Assembly: GCA_951406725.2 (NCBI GenBank)
Contig: OX597824.1
Span: 79,794,001-79,858,000 of the forward strand
Source of the DNA: Octopus vulgaris
Lineage: Eukaryota
Direction of reading: 5' to 3'
Length of the DNA: 64,000 nt
Below, piece after piece: positions 12,786-26,483 of the stretch (position 1 is the stretch's first letter; every line of letters starts with the position of its first letter). The notes beneath the pieces are model-generated. The model had not been told where the DNA came from. It made no database searches and worked only from the letters and a program-made list of their open reading frames with translations. Made by a program: the position numbers and the translations under genes.

Positions 12786-13373
12786 GACAGAAACGTTAGC
12801 ACGCCGGGCGAAATGCTAAGCGGTATTTCGTCTGCCGCTACGTTCTGAGTTCAAATTCCACCGAGGTCGACTTTGCCTTTCATCCCTTCAGGGTCGATAA
12901 ATTAAGTACCAGTTACGCACTGGGATCGATGTAATCGACTTAATACCTATGTCTGTCCTTGTTTGTCCCCTCTCTGTTTAGCCCCTTGTGGGTAATAAAG
13001 AAATAGGTATTTCGTCTGCCGCTACGTTCTGAGTTCAAATTCCACAGAGGTCGACTTTGCCTTTCATCCCTTCAGGGTCGATAAATTAAGTACCAGTTAC
13101 GCACTGGAGTCAATGTAATCGACTTAATCTCTTTGTCTGTCCTTGTTTGTCCCCTCTCTGTTTAGCCCCTTGTGGGTAATAAAGAAATAGGTATTTCGTC
13201 TGCCGCTACGTTCTGAGTTCAAATTCCACCGAGGTCGACTTTGCCTTTCATCCCTTCAGGGTCGATAAATTAAGTACCAGTTACGCACTGGGGTCGATGT
13301 AATCGACTTAATCTCTTTGTCTGTCCTTGTTTGTCCTCTCTATGCTTAGCCCCTTGTGGGCAATAAAGAAATA
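12786..13373 (+). mobile_element. SINE family B: one head plus three 184-bp units
   Basis: Units at 12822-13005, 13006-13189 and 13190-13373; 13-bp TSD agaaattggttct at 12773-12785 and 13374-13386. Confidence 0.92.
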
Positions 13374-13690
13374 AGAAATTGGTTCTTTTCAGTTGTAAAC
13401 ACAAAACCATAGAGCCACCCGTTTTTGCGTCTTTCAGTTTTATTCAAACAAAATTGCACCCCTTAATGTGTACTAGCGGGTTTAAAAGGATAAAGACGCA
13501 GAGTTAGTTGCGTTAAAAAATCCCATGGTTGACTCTTAGCCACGGTACATCTGACGTACCTAGAAACATGATGGTTCTTGCGATAATCTTCACTGTATAG
13601 TGTATTTAAATGAGCCCACAAATGTGTGTGTATGTGGGTGCGTATATGAGTGCTTGTGTGTGTGAGTGTGCATATATATATGTTTATATG

Positions 13691-13750
<60 letters not shown>

Positions 13751-13857
13751 TATATTTTATACACGCACATATATGCGTATATATGTACATATTATATACA
13801 CATATATACGTATATATAGATACGCATAAATATATATGTATATGTATCTATATATAT

Positions 13858-13901
<44 letters not shown>

Positions 13902-13999
13902 GTGTGTGTGTGTATACATATATACGCGCACACACATTTTCATTCATAAATATATACATGCATATACAGATGATCTTGTGTGTTTACGGCCTTAAATAA

Positions 14000-15688
14000 C
14001 TTTAAACACATACACGCACACTCACAACATACATCACACACATACACACCTGCATGCACACATACCATATAGACTACACACTCGCATACACACACAAACA
14101 CACACACTCACACACACACACAACACACATCACACACATATACACAACACATGCACACATTCCCCCTACATACCAACATACAATCCCTTCCTACACACCT
14201 GCATGCACACACACACACACCATGTAGACCACACACACTATGTAGACCACACACACAACACACATCACACACATATACACAACACATGCACACATTTCTA
14301 CCTACATACCAACATACAAACCCTTCCTACACACCTGCATGCACACACACCATATAGACTACACACACACACACACACACTGGCACACACATCACACATA
14401 CACATACACAACACATGCATTCCCACCTACATACCAACATACAATCCCTTCCTACACACACACATACACATACGTACACACACATGCACGACACACATCA
14501 CACACACACATACACTCACACACACTCACACACATACTCACACACGCATATACATAACACATATGCACACATTTCTACCTACATACCAACGTAAAACCTT
14601 TCCTACACACCTGCATGCACACACGCCATACAGACTACACACATGTACACACACACATACACGCACACAACACACACACACAACACACACATTAGACACA
14701 CATGCACACACACACATACACGCACACAACACACACACACAACACACACATTAGACACACATGCACACACACACACATACACGCACACAACACACACACA
14801 CACAACACACACATTAGACACACATGCACACACACACATACACGCACACAACACACACACACACAACACACACATTAGACACACATGCACACACACACAT
14901 ACACGCACACAACACACACACACACAACACACACATTAGACACACATGCACACACACACATACACGCACACAACACACACACACACACAACACACACATT
15001 AGACACACATGCACACACACATACACGCACACAACACACACACACACACAACACACATTAGACACACATGCACACACACACATACACGCACACAACACAC
15101 ACACACAACACACACATTAGACACACATGCACACACACACATACACGCACACAACACACACACACACACACACACATTAGACACACATGCACACACACAC
15201 ATACACGCACACAACACACACACACACAACACACACATTAGACACACATGCACACACACACATACACGCACACAACACACACACACACACAACACACACA
15301 TTAGACACACATGCACACACACACATACACGCACACAACACACACACACACACAACACACACATTAGACACACATGCACACACACACATACACGCACACA
15401 ACACACACACACACAACACACACATTAGACACACATGCACACACACACACATACACGCACACAACACACACACACACACCACACACATTAGACACACATG
15501 CACACACACACATACACGCACACAACACACACACACAACACACACATTAGACACACATGCACACACACACATACACGCACACAACACACACACACAACAC
15601 ACACATTAGACACACATGCACACACACACATACACGCACACAACACACACACACAACACACACATTAGACACACATGCACACACACAT

Positions 15689-15722
<34 letters not shown>

Positions 15723-16400
15723 GACACACATTACACACACACACACACACATACACGCACACAACACACACACACACACAACACACACATTAGACACACA
15801 TGCACAACATACATCACACACAAACACAACACGTGCATACATTCCCAACCACATACCAACATACAAACCCTTCCTACACACCTGCATGCACATACACCTT
15901 ATAGAGTACACACAAGCATGCACACACATGCACTCACACATACGCACTACACACACATACACACACACATGCACAGCACATGTACACATTCCTTCCTACA
16001 CACCTGCATGCACACACACCATATAGACTATACACACGTATACATACACATGCACTCACACACAACACACATCACACATATATACACAACACATGCACCT
16101 ACATACCAACATACAAACCTTTCCTACACATCTGCATGCACACACACACACACACACATGCACTCACACACACACAACACACACATATACACAACACATG
16201 CACACATTCCCACCCACATACCAACATACAAACCCTTCCCACACACCTGCATGCACTCACACCATATAGACTACACATACGCATACACACTCACACACAC
16301 ATATACATAACATACATACATAACATACATACATAGCGCAACACATTACCTATAACGTAACATACATACATACATACATACATACATACATACATACACA
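14000..16400. repeat. CA-derived compound satellite with a homogeneous ~60-bp minisatellite core (about 14640-15810)
   Basis: Marker cacattagacacacatgcac recurs about every 60 bp. Confidence 0.95.
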
Positions 16401-16689
16401 CATACGACAAACACTGAACGCTCCTTCTCAAACGTTCACGAGAAATTTATGAATACACAATATAATTCAACTAAACCTTTTGGCATCAATAAAACGCCAC
16501 TGTTCCATGAAACACTGAGCTAGTATAGGGAGTATAGAGGAAGCGAACCCTTCACTGCGGGATAGCTAATTTAGTCTCTTCTCGTTGTTGTTCCGTCGAC
16601 AATGACTCCCTTGCAATATCCTGTCACGCGAACTTACTGTTGAGCACCGTTTCGTTTCATTCTCAAACGTATGTGTATGTCCGTGTAAG

Positions 16690-16730
16690 CCTGTATATAT
16701 ATATATATATGTATGTATGTGTGTGTGTGT

Positions 16731-16783
<53 letters not shown>

Positions 16784-16903
16784 TGTGAGTGTATGGGTAT
16801 GTACTTGTATGTTTATGCATACCAGTGAATATGTGCGTGCGTATCTATGTGTGTACGTAAAAGTGTATTTATATATATATATATATGTTTATGCGTGTCT
16901 GAT

Positions 16904-16998
<95 letters not shown>

Positions 16999-17001
16999 AT
17001 A

Positions 17002-17046
<45 letters not shown>

Positions 17047-17241
17047 TTATATATATAGTGTGTGTGTATATGTGTTCGTATGTATTTATCTATTCATACG
17101 TATGTACACATACATTCAACCCCAAACTCCCCCCTCTTCCCCCTCTCTCTATCTATCTGCCTGGCTGCCTGCCTCTCTCTCTGTCTGTCTATCTATCTAT
17201 CTGTCTGTCTATCTATCTATCTATCTATCTATCTGTCTGTC

Positions 17242-17300
<59 letters not shown>

Positions 17301-17301
17301 G

Positions 17302-17378
<77 letters not shown>

Positions 17379-17385
17379 CTGTCTG

Positions 17386-17441
<56 letters not shown>

Positions 17442-17445
17442 CCTA
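16690..17445. repeat. (TG)n, (TA)n and (TCTA)n microsatellites
   Basis: Direct reading. Confidence 0.97.
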
Positions 17446-17744
17446 CAATTTTCTCTAATTACATGTACTTTAAATATCTCTAATTATTCGTTTATGCATA
17501 TTATATGGATGCATATAAGTGCATACACGTACACATACACACAAATATACGCATACTCACATATGTAATACACCTACACACACATATATAATACATATAT
17601 AATAATAATTTCGGTGGTATGTGTGTGGTTGTTGCCTCGCTAATTATTCTATTTGTTCATTTTGTTTATCAGTTTTCTTTATTTTTTTTCTTGGTTCAGC
17701 TATGTTGACTTCTTCGACTTCCGCCATTACATTGGAGCGTGTGC

Positions 17745-18237
17745 ACAACAACAAAAACAACGGAAACAACAACAGCAAGAACAACGACAACGATAATAAT
17801 AGCTGCAATAACAATAGCAACAATAGTAACAACGACAACAACAACAGCAACAACAAACATCAGCTTCTACATCGACAACAGCAGCAGAAGCACTAAAAAC
17901 AATAACAACAACAACAACAACAACAAAAATTATCAACTGCGTTATCAACGTCAGTCGCAACAGCAGTAACGTCAAGAACGTTAAAAATAGCAACAACAAC
18001 GATAACCAAAACTATAGACTCAGCAATAGCAACGATAGTAAGAACAATAATAATAGCAACAATAACAACAACAACAACAACAACAAAAATTATCAACTCC
18101 AATATCAACCTCAGTCGCAACAACAGTAACGTCAAGAACGTTAAAAATAGCAACAACAACGGGAACCAAACTTTAGCAGCAGCAATAACAACGATAGTAA
18201 GAACAATAATGATAGCAACAATAATAACTGTAACAAA

Positions 18238-18284
<47 letters not shown>

Positions 18285-18450
18285 GCAGCAGCAACAGCAG
18301 CAGCAGCAGCAAAATCAGTTACAGCAAGATCGACAATAGAATTAGCAACAATGGGAACAACCAATGGCTCTGCAGCAAACAAAAACCAACCAAAGCGAGA
18401 GCATCAATAGAAACTTATTAGCAACAACATTAGCAACAACAACAACAACG
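17745..18450. repeat. Degenerate (AAC)n field with an internal ~177-bp duplication
   Basis: aaaaattatcaact..cagtaacgtcaagaacgttaaaaatagc present twice. Confidence 0.9.
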
Positions 18451-18657
18451 GCATTACTCAACTTACTGAAATGTTAATTCTGATTTCGGTAAATGCAATT
18501 ATTTTCGTATTAATTAAGTTAATGATCGCATCATTAGAAGCATATTATTTAAGATCATTATATTTATAGCGATAGGTAATGTAGATCAATGTATGATAAT
18601 CATAAGTTTATGATAATAATATTGAGACTCGTGATGTTGTAACATCATAACGTTAGC

Positions 18658-18816
18658 ATCTTAATTTAAGGATCATAATTCTAGGATTACAATTTTAGGA
18701 TAATAATGAGAAAATCATAGGTTTAGAATCATACCTTTAGAATCGTAATTTTAAGATCATAGCTTTAAGATTAGCAGTTTGGGATCATATCATTAAGATT
18801 ATAACTTTAGGATCAT
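18658..18816. repeat. Degenerate 14-bp minisatellite (atcataattttagg-like)
   Basis: About 11 diverged units. Confidence 0.75.
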
Positions 18817-18931
18817 CTCTTTATATAAAAAAAAACATTCGCACCGAAAGAGTTATGATACAATACCTTAGTCATCACAAGTCCCATTCTGGTCCGGTAA
18901 ATAATGCAGAGTAGTACCTATCAGACACACA

Positions 18932-19011
<80 letters not shown>

Positions 19012-19059
19012 CACATACACACACACACACACGACAGGATTCTTTCAATTTCTATCAAA

Positions 19060-19088
19060 TCCAGTCAAACACAGACACAGACACACAA

Positions 19089-19124
<36 letters not shown>

Positions 19125-19311
19125 GTATATATATACATACATATATACGATGAGCTTCTTTCAGTTTCCGTCTACCAAATACACCCTCAAGGCTTTGGTC
19201 GGCCCGAGGCTATAGTACAAGACACTTGCCCAAGGTGCCACGCAGTGGGACTGAACCCGGAACCATGTGGTTCGGAAGCAAGCTACGTATCACACAGCCA
19301 CTCCTACGCCT
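19060..19311 (-). mobile_element. SINE family C
   Basis: Reverse complement of the 40556 copy head and body. Confidence 0.85.
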
Positions 19312-20036
19312 ATTTAAAAAGAAAAGTGTATTCAAACGTCTTCTTTAAAAATAAAATACAAATTATTGAGTATAATTTTCAAACTGACTCGCTTCTTATT
19401 GCTTCAACGTATAGTAAGACTGACTAATTAATGGTTAAATAATAACATAATTAATTTGTTTGATTGCTCTCTTTTGGAAACCTCGAAGGAGTCCTTGTGT
19501 GGTCCTAGATCCCAAACTATCGGATAAAAAATTTATGGAAGCACACATGTAATAATATTACCCGTGACTGAATATTTGATAGAATGCTTTGTGGTAGTTT
19601 TTGTCTTTCTTCCTTCTGAGCCAAATGCTACCGAGATCAAATTTCCTTTTCATCTTTTTTCGGTGGGTAGCGGCGAGGTTGGGATGTTAAACAAAGTAAC
19701 AGTCATGTACTGGGATCGATTATTATCTTTCTCTATATTTCTGTCTATCTGTCTTACTCTCTTCCGGAAAAAAATCAATTGCGCTCAAACATGGAACGGT
19801 ATGGATTCCACAACGTCAAATGATGCTCAAATCGCGTCGTATGTCAAGATGCTGCCCCAACGACTCCATTAAGTGGATGAAGGATCAAAGTATGGGCTCC
19901 AAGTCATAATACTTGATACATCATTTGTATCATACGTCTTCTCCATTATAGGTCCACTCGTCTAGAGAGATCTTTGCCCAGGCTGGACACTGAGCTAAAA
20001 GACAACAACGCCATCAATAACAACAGCATCAACCAT

Positions 20037-20497
20037 GGAGGCGCAATGGCCCAGTGGTTAGGGTAGCGGACTCGCGTTCGTAAGAACGCGGTTTCGATTC
20101 CCGGACCGGGTATTGTGAGTGTTTATTGAGCAAAAGCACCTAAGCTCCACGAGGCTTCGGTGGGGGTGGGGTAGGGGTGGGTTGAACCCCGCTGTACTCT
20201 TTCATCACAACTCTCTCTCACTCTTTCTTCCTACTTCTGCCACAAAGCAGAGGAACCACTATGGTGTCGTAAACTTTCAGACCCTAGTCTAGATTGCGAA
20301 TCCTCTGTACCACCCGTTAAAAGCCACCGTCTACGGATTGAGGATAACAACGTAGCTTTCGCGCCCGTGCAACCGCCAGTCTATCGCGTGTGGTGGGTGG
20401 ATCTTCAAGTTGCCACACGCATTCTTAGTAGCTTAGAGTAGGCTCGAATTAGAGATTATTCTTTGTGGCTAATGAAGAAGAAGAAGAAGAAGAAGAC
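20037..20497 (+). mobile_element. SINE family A head with alternative tail B and a (GAA)n end
   Basis: Head as in 41-415, divergent after actctttcttcc; degenerate TSD acaacagca..ccat. Confidence 0.75.
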
Positions 20498-21561
20498 AAC
20501 AGCAGCCATCTTTGTGATTTAGTGGCGATCTTTTAAAATTCACAGATTTGTAGACTATTTCCTACGGTGTAATTTGAAGTAAGGTGTAAAAATAATCATT
20601 TCGATGTCTGCATCAATAAATAATATTCTTCTTGATTATTTTTTTTGACTACCATACTTATAGTATGTAGTATCAAAGAAATCAAGTCTTTAGATCCGAA
20701 TTCCCAAAGAAACTTGCATTGAAATAACCAATCAGATCATTAGGGTCACATGAATAAAAATAATTGAATTTACACTCGGAGGATTAAGTTTATCTGTTTC
20801 ATTGACGGTTTGTATTATCTTCCAAGGTGATATGATTAGCAAAAACGATGTTCGTTGTTAGTTATTGGCTTCTTGGATATTTCCGTATATTTGATTAATG
20901 CTTCATTGTTTTGTTGAGTATCAAAACTCATCATAGTTTTGCTTACCGAGTAAAACGTGTTAAAAATTACGCTTCAAAGTGGGAGATGGCTTCATGAATA
21001 AATATCGAATACGATTCCCCATTTTCAAACATCCATAGATTCATGCATGCACTCACATATACACACAAGTAAATACATTCATACACATATGATACATATG
21101 TATATGTATATATATATATATATATACATACATGCATACACACACACATACACACACACACACATATATATATATGTACACACATATATATATATATATA
21201 CACTCTCATATGTATTATATATATATTTACACACGCATATATACACTAAAAGCAATGAACAAAAAAGTGAAAAGAAGACAATATAGTAACGAAGTGCTAG
21301 CTTAACGCTTTAATAGAAAAGAACGAGGCTTAACGTTTAGGATATTAGTACTTCATCAAAAGAAGGATAAAAGCATAGAGGGAGTGAGACAAGAAAAAGC
21401 CAATGAGAAAGAGAGAGAGAAAGAGAGAGAGGGAGAGAGAGAAAGATAGTGAGAAAATGGAAGTGGGGTTAGGAGCCAGGTGGGAATGCGGTTTTGTGGG
21501 GTGGTTTAAGAAGAGGTGAGGTAGGATTTGAATGCGTAAGCGTAGGAGTGTGTTGGTTAGT

Positions 21562-21600
<39 letters not shown>

Positions 21601-21854
21601 GAAATGTGGTAGTGTGGAGACATAGTCTCGTAGGTTTGTTGCAGTATGAGTTGATCATATATAATCGTTAGGCTTGTGAGGTAAGTGTGGATGTGACACA
21701 CATGCACACACAGACTGTCAAACTGTTGTTTCAATAATCTTATAAATTCTGTAATATTAAACTAACCAAGTTAAACAATTAATTAGTTAGTTGGATGTTT
21801 AATCACTCGACTGATGATAAAGAAGTGGAATTGAATGAGTACGTGTGTTAATAA

Positions 21855-22425
21855 TATTCTTTTCTACTCTAGCACAAAGCACGAAATGTTTGGGGAGGGG
21901 CCAGTCGATTAGATTGACCCCAGTACGCAACTGGTATTTAATTTATCGACCCCGGAAGGATAAAAGGCGAAGTCGACCTCGGCGGAATTTGAACTCAGAA
22001 CGTAAAGACAGACGACATACCTATTTGTTTACTACCCACAAGGGGCTAAACAGAGAGGGGACAAACAAGGACAGACAAACGGATTCAGTCGATTACATCG
22101 ACCCCATTGCGTAACTGGTACTTTCGATCCCGAAAGGATGAAACGCAAAGTCGACCTCGGCGGAATTTGAAATCAGAACGTAAAGACAGACGAAATACCT
22201 ATTTGTTTACTACCCACAAGGGGCTAAACAGAGAGGGGACAAACAAGGACAGACAAACGGATTCAGTCAATTACATCGACCCCAGTGCGTAACTGGTACT
22301 TTCGACCCCGAAAGGATGAAAGGCAAAGTCGACCTCGGCGGAATTTGAACTCAGAGCGTAACGCCAGGCGAAATACCGCTAAGCAGTTCGTCCGGCGTGC
22401 TAACGGTTCTGCCAGTTCACTGCCA
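21855..22425 (-). mobile_element. SINE family B trimer
   Basis: Three core units on the minus strand, head at about 22425. Confidence 0.88.
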
Positions 22426-22864
22426 TGCGTGTGTTAATAATAATAATGGTATAATAACTCTCCCCAGATGCAACAACATTCCGCAGATTCATAAATTTAC
22501 AAAATAAGTTCGTCGGTGTGAAATATCTGAATATGGGAATTTAACGTGTCATAGTGTTGTGATGAGAGTTACATCGTCCCCTTGCGAGAGATAGATTGGT
22601 CCGAGTAAAGTATAAATAGTAACGATCTGAGTGAGTTCGAAGTTCAGAGTTCAGAGTTTGGGAGTCGAGTGAATTTCGGTTTAGTTCGCAGTGAAGTCGA
22701 AAGGTGTCTATTTGTTCGTAAAGAGATTTGTTAGCTCGTTGTATTGTTTTTACTATTGTCTGGTTATCTTATTTATTGTACGTAACAAATCACGTTAAAA
22801 CACATAGATATTGAGACCTAAATCTTATGGTAACGTATCGTGCATTACAGTACATCATAAATTG

Positions 22865-22931
<67 letters not shown>

Positions 22932-22973
22932 GAAAGAATGGAGTCGAACGACGATTTAACAAAATTCCTTTAT

Positions 22974-23054
22974 TCTCGACATATTTTTCGAAGACTGCAT
23001 ATTCTTAATTCCGAAGGAATAAAGGGTGCATTACGCCGTCTTCTCATCAGGAAA
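22974..23054 (-). ncRNA. Type I hammerhead ribozyme motif with extended stem II, in a Penelope-like end next to (TA)n
   Basis: tttc CTGATGA gaagac..gtcttc GAAA aatat GTC gaga; one stem III mismatch. Confidence 0.65.
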
Positions 23055-23205
23055 GACAAGGAACTTATGTCAGCATCATGACGAAGAAAAACTTTTAGAT
23101 TTCTGCCCTTGGCATGTAGCTTCAACCGTGCTTTCTGACGTAAATTTGCTACCCGGGTATCGGTTAACCGAATTATCCATACTAGGATAATTCATTCAAC
23201 TACTT

Positions 23206-23264
<59 letters not shown>

Positions 23265-23344
23265 ACAATTGCAGCGTGGAAGGTGTTTGTAAGCCATTTA
23301 AGAAACACAAAAACCGTTAGATTCACTTCAACATTTAAATTTAA

Positions 23345-23395
23345 TTTGTCAAAATATTTTCGTCGCTTTGAGACTGCGACCTGTTCACTGATAAA
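23345..23395 (-). ncRNA. Hammerhead-like motif with G3-C8 core variant
   Basis: tttatca GTGAACA g gtcgc(agtctcaaa)gcgac GAAA atat TT tgacaaa. Confidence 0.55.
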
Positions 23396-23417
23396 ACTTC
23401 GTGCTGCATCAGTGAAC

Positions 23418-23838
23418 AGGTCATCTTTGTTGTGAATGCAGTCGTAGAGATATTGGTCTCGTTCATGGTGTTGTTATCATCTGTTGTGAGGTCATCTTTG
23501 TTGTGAGTGCAATCGTAGAGATATTCGTCTCGTTCATGGTGTTGTTGTTATCATCTGTTGAGAGGTAATCTTTGTTGTGAGTGCAATCGTAGAGACATTC
23601 GTCTCGTTCATGGTGTTGTTGTTACCGTCTGTTGTGAGGTAATCTTTGTTGTGAATGCAGTCGTAGAGATATTCGTCTCGTTCATGGCATTGTTGTTATC
23701 ATCTGTTGTGAGGTAATCTTTGTTGTGAGTGCAATCGTAGAGATATTCGTCTCGTTCATGGTGTTGTTGTTACCGTCTGTTGTGAGGTCAACTTTATTGT
23801 GAATGCAATCGTAGTGATGATATCGATCTCGTTCATGG
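23418..23838. repeat. 74-bp minisatellite, about 5.7 copies
   Basis: Units start near 23418, 23489, 23563, 23637, 23711 and 23785. Confidence 0.95.
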
Positions 23839-24129
23839 TATTGTGGTTGTGGTTGTGGTTGTTGATGATATTGCAGTTGGTATTAGTGATGGTGGTGATA
23901 GTTCTATTGTTAGCGGTGTTGGTGTTGATGTTGGTGTTGGTGTTGGTGGTTGTGGTGTTATTGGTAAAGCGATTAAAAAATATGAAAAAAATTAATAAAC
24001 AGGGAAAATGTTTGCGGGGCAGATAATTGAATTACAAAAACCACCCCAAAAAACCATAAAAGGAAAAAAAAATTCAACAAAATTGAAACATACGAAAGCA
24101 AATCCTAAAGCGAATCAATAATCCTTCAT

Positions 24130-24317
24130 ACCATCATCATCACCACCACCGTCATCATCACAATCATCATCGTCGTCGTCGTCGTCGTCGTCGTCATCAT
24201 CAACAACAACAACAACAACAACAACAACGTTACTCCTATTATCACGATGTCTGCAGTCTTCGTATAGAATGTCATCGTGGCCCATTTTGTCTCATCATCA
24301 TCACCACCACCACCACC

Positions 24318-24385
<68 letters not shown>

Positions 24386-24414
24386 CATCCTCCTCCTCAT
24401 CATCCTCATCATCC

Positions 24415-24489
<75 letters not shown>

Positions 24490-24602
24490 CCATCATCATC
24501 ATCCTCATCATCATCCTCATCATCATCCTCATCATCCTCATCATCATCGTCAACAACAACGATAGCACAAATACAACCACCACGACCACCACCACCACTA
24601 CT

Positions 24603-24633
<31 letters not shown>

Positions 24634-24740
24634 CAGTCGCACCAATTCTATAACCACCACGACCACCGCAGCCGCCACCTATACCACCGACACCACCAGA
24701 ATCACGAAAACAACAACAGCAACAACAACAACAACAACGA
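24130..24740. repeat. (CAT)n/(CAC)n/(AAC)n microsatellite field
   Basis: Direct reading. Confidence 0.97.
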
Positions 24741-25089
24741 ACAAGCAAGCCAGCCTGTTATCGCTTCCTTCGTTCATTTGCTCAGCACATTCGTTGGCGA
24801 AACGTTAATTTCCAGCACACCGTTTCTATGAGATAATACACAATGATAACTAATTAATTAGGGTGAGAAAATACCTGAGGGCTTTTCTATTACACCTTCT
24901 GTTTATTCTCCCATTTATTCCATCATTAGAAATTACAATTCGTTATCGTTTTGAATGCGTTTTCCAGAGTTATTGTTCTCCCTAGAAACAACGCCCCTCC
25001 CTCACAAACAATGTACATACATATACACATAAAGACACACATACATATATACATACATACATACATACATACATACATACATACATACA

Positions 25090-25182
<93 letters not shown>

Positions 25183-25294
25183 TATTTCTATACATGCACT
25201 CAAGCACTCAGTAACACACACACACACACGCTCACACACATGCACACACACACATACACACGTATACATAAATTGGATTCAAATTATATATATG

Positions 25295-25331
<37 letters not shown>

Positions 25332-25799
25332 AAACACACACACACACACACATATGGAGTATCGCATTTGCTTTTATTGTTTTTCACGTCTCTTCAAATA
25401 ATATCGCTGAAGAAATACAAAACAGAAAACAAATGGGCGCCATTTTGGATTTCTCCTGCACCGAATTTATTTTATTTATTGTCAAGAATTACTGGTACGC
25501 ACGTGTACACATCATTGTATGTGTGTTTGTGTTGTTGTTTTTCTTGTTGCCTTGATATTATTATTGTTGCTATCGTCTCTCTGTTTCCATTTATGGTCGT
25601 CGTTTGGTCTACGGTTAACTTGGACTGAATTGACGTATGATCAAAAGCATTCCACTTTTGGCCATTACAGTTTATGCAAGGACAAAAACAGCATCATACG
25701 TCGAGTTTATTATTTTTTAAACGACAGAATGTGATTTGATGGAGTTTGCTCAGGTTTTTTTAATGGTCGATGTCTTTAATGACGATTTTGATTAAGACA

Positions 25800-25844
<45 letters not shown>

Positions 25845-26399
25845 GAGTGGGCGAGCAGAGCATGCCATCAAAGTGACAATGGGGTAAAATATACGAAGCC
25901 CAGTATACCCATCATGACTACCCGTCTGATAAGGGTACACCAGGCACATGCATCACAACCATATGTGCGCGACATGGCGATCTCATATCAAGATAAACAG
26001 CACATGACCTTGCAGTTGGGGCCCAGTTAGAATTTTCTTCTGGTTGAGTAGCCCATTCCACTCAAAAGGTCCTTGAATAAGGGTTGTTTAAGGATGTTGA
26101 ACGAACCTCCCATGTTTCCAAATGTGAATTATCCAAACCTTCAAGAATTCCTCTCAACACATGGCTATGATGCTCCCCCACTACTTCTGCTCGTGATCAG
26201 AGATGCACATATCGTCAGCCACTAAGGGACATGCTCAACTGGTTAATGTCAAACAACTGACAAGCAAATCTGTGGTATTGAGCAGAATAATTTGCTGTAG
26301 CCCATCTTTTATACCAAGACAAAACAATGTACATGATAACACTTCCAATCAGTTAAGATCAGAAGCCATGAGAGCCACTGCCTGGTACTGCACCAGGGC

Positions 26400-26400
<1 letters not shown>
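25845..26400 (-). mobile_element. ~555-bp non-coding retroposon embedded in (ATT)n
   Basis: Flanked by (ATT)n on both sides; a second copy at 39216-39526 shares the same left end and is truncated at the other. Confidence 0.75.

Positions 26401-26483
<83 letters not shown>

Noticed and set aside
14640-15810. Regularly spaced repeats resembling a CRISPR array (also 23418-23838)
   Set aside because: No unique spacers, no cas genes, eukaryotic context
13463-17568. Many long ORFs rich in HT, CV, YI and LSIY repeats (and similar ORFs throughout the window)
   Set aside because: They are translations of stop-free microsatellites in several frames and on both strands
24277-24831. Ser/Pro/His-rich or mucin-like Thr-rich proteins (also 32347 and 54628)
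   Set aside because: Pure trinucleotide repeats open in most frames, without splice or domain support
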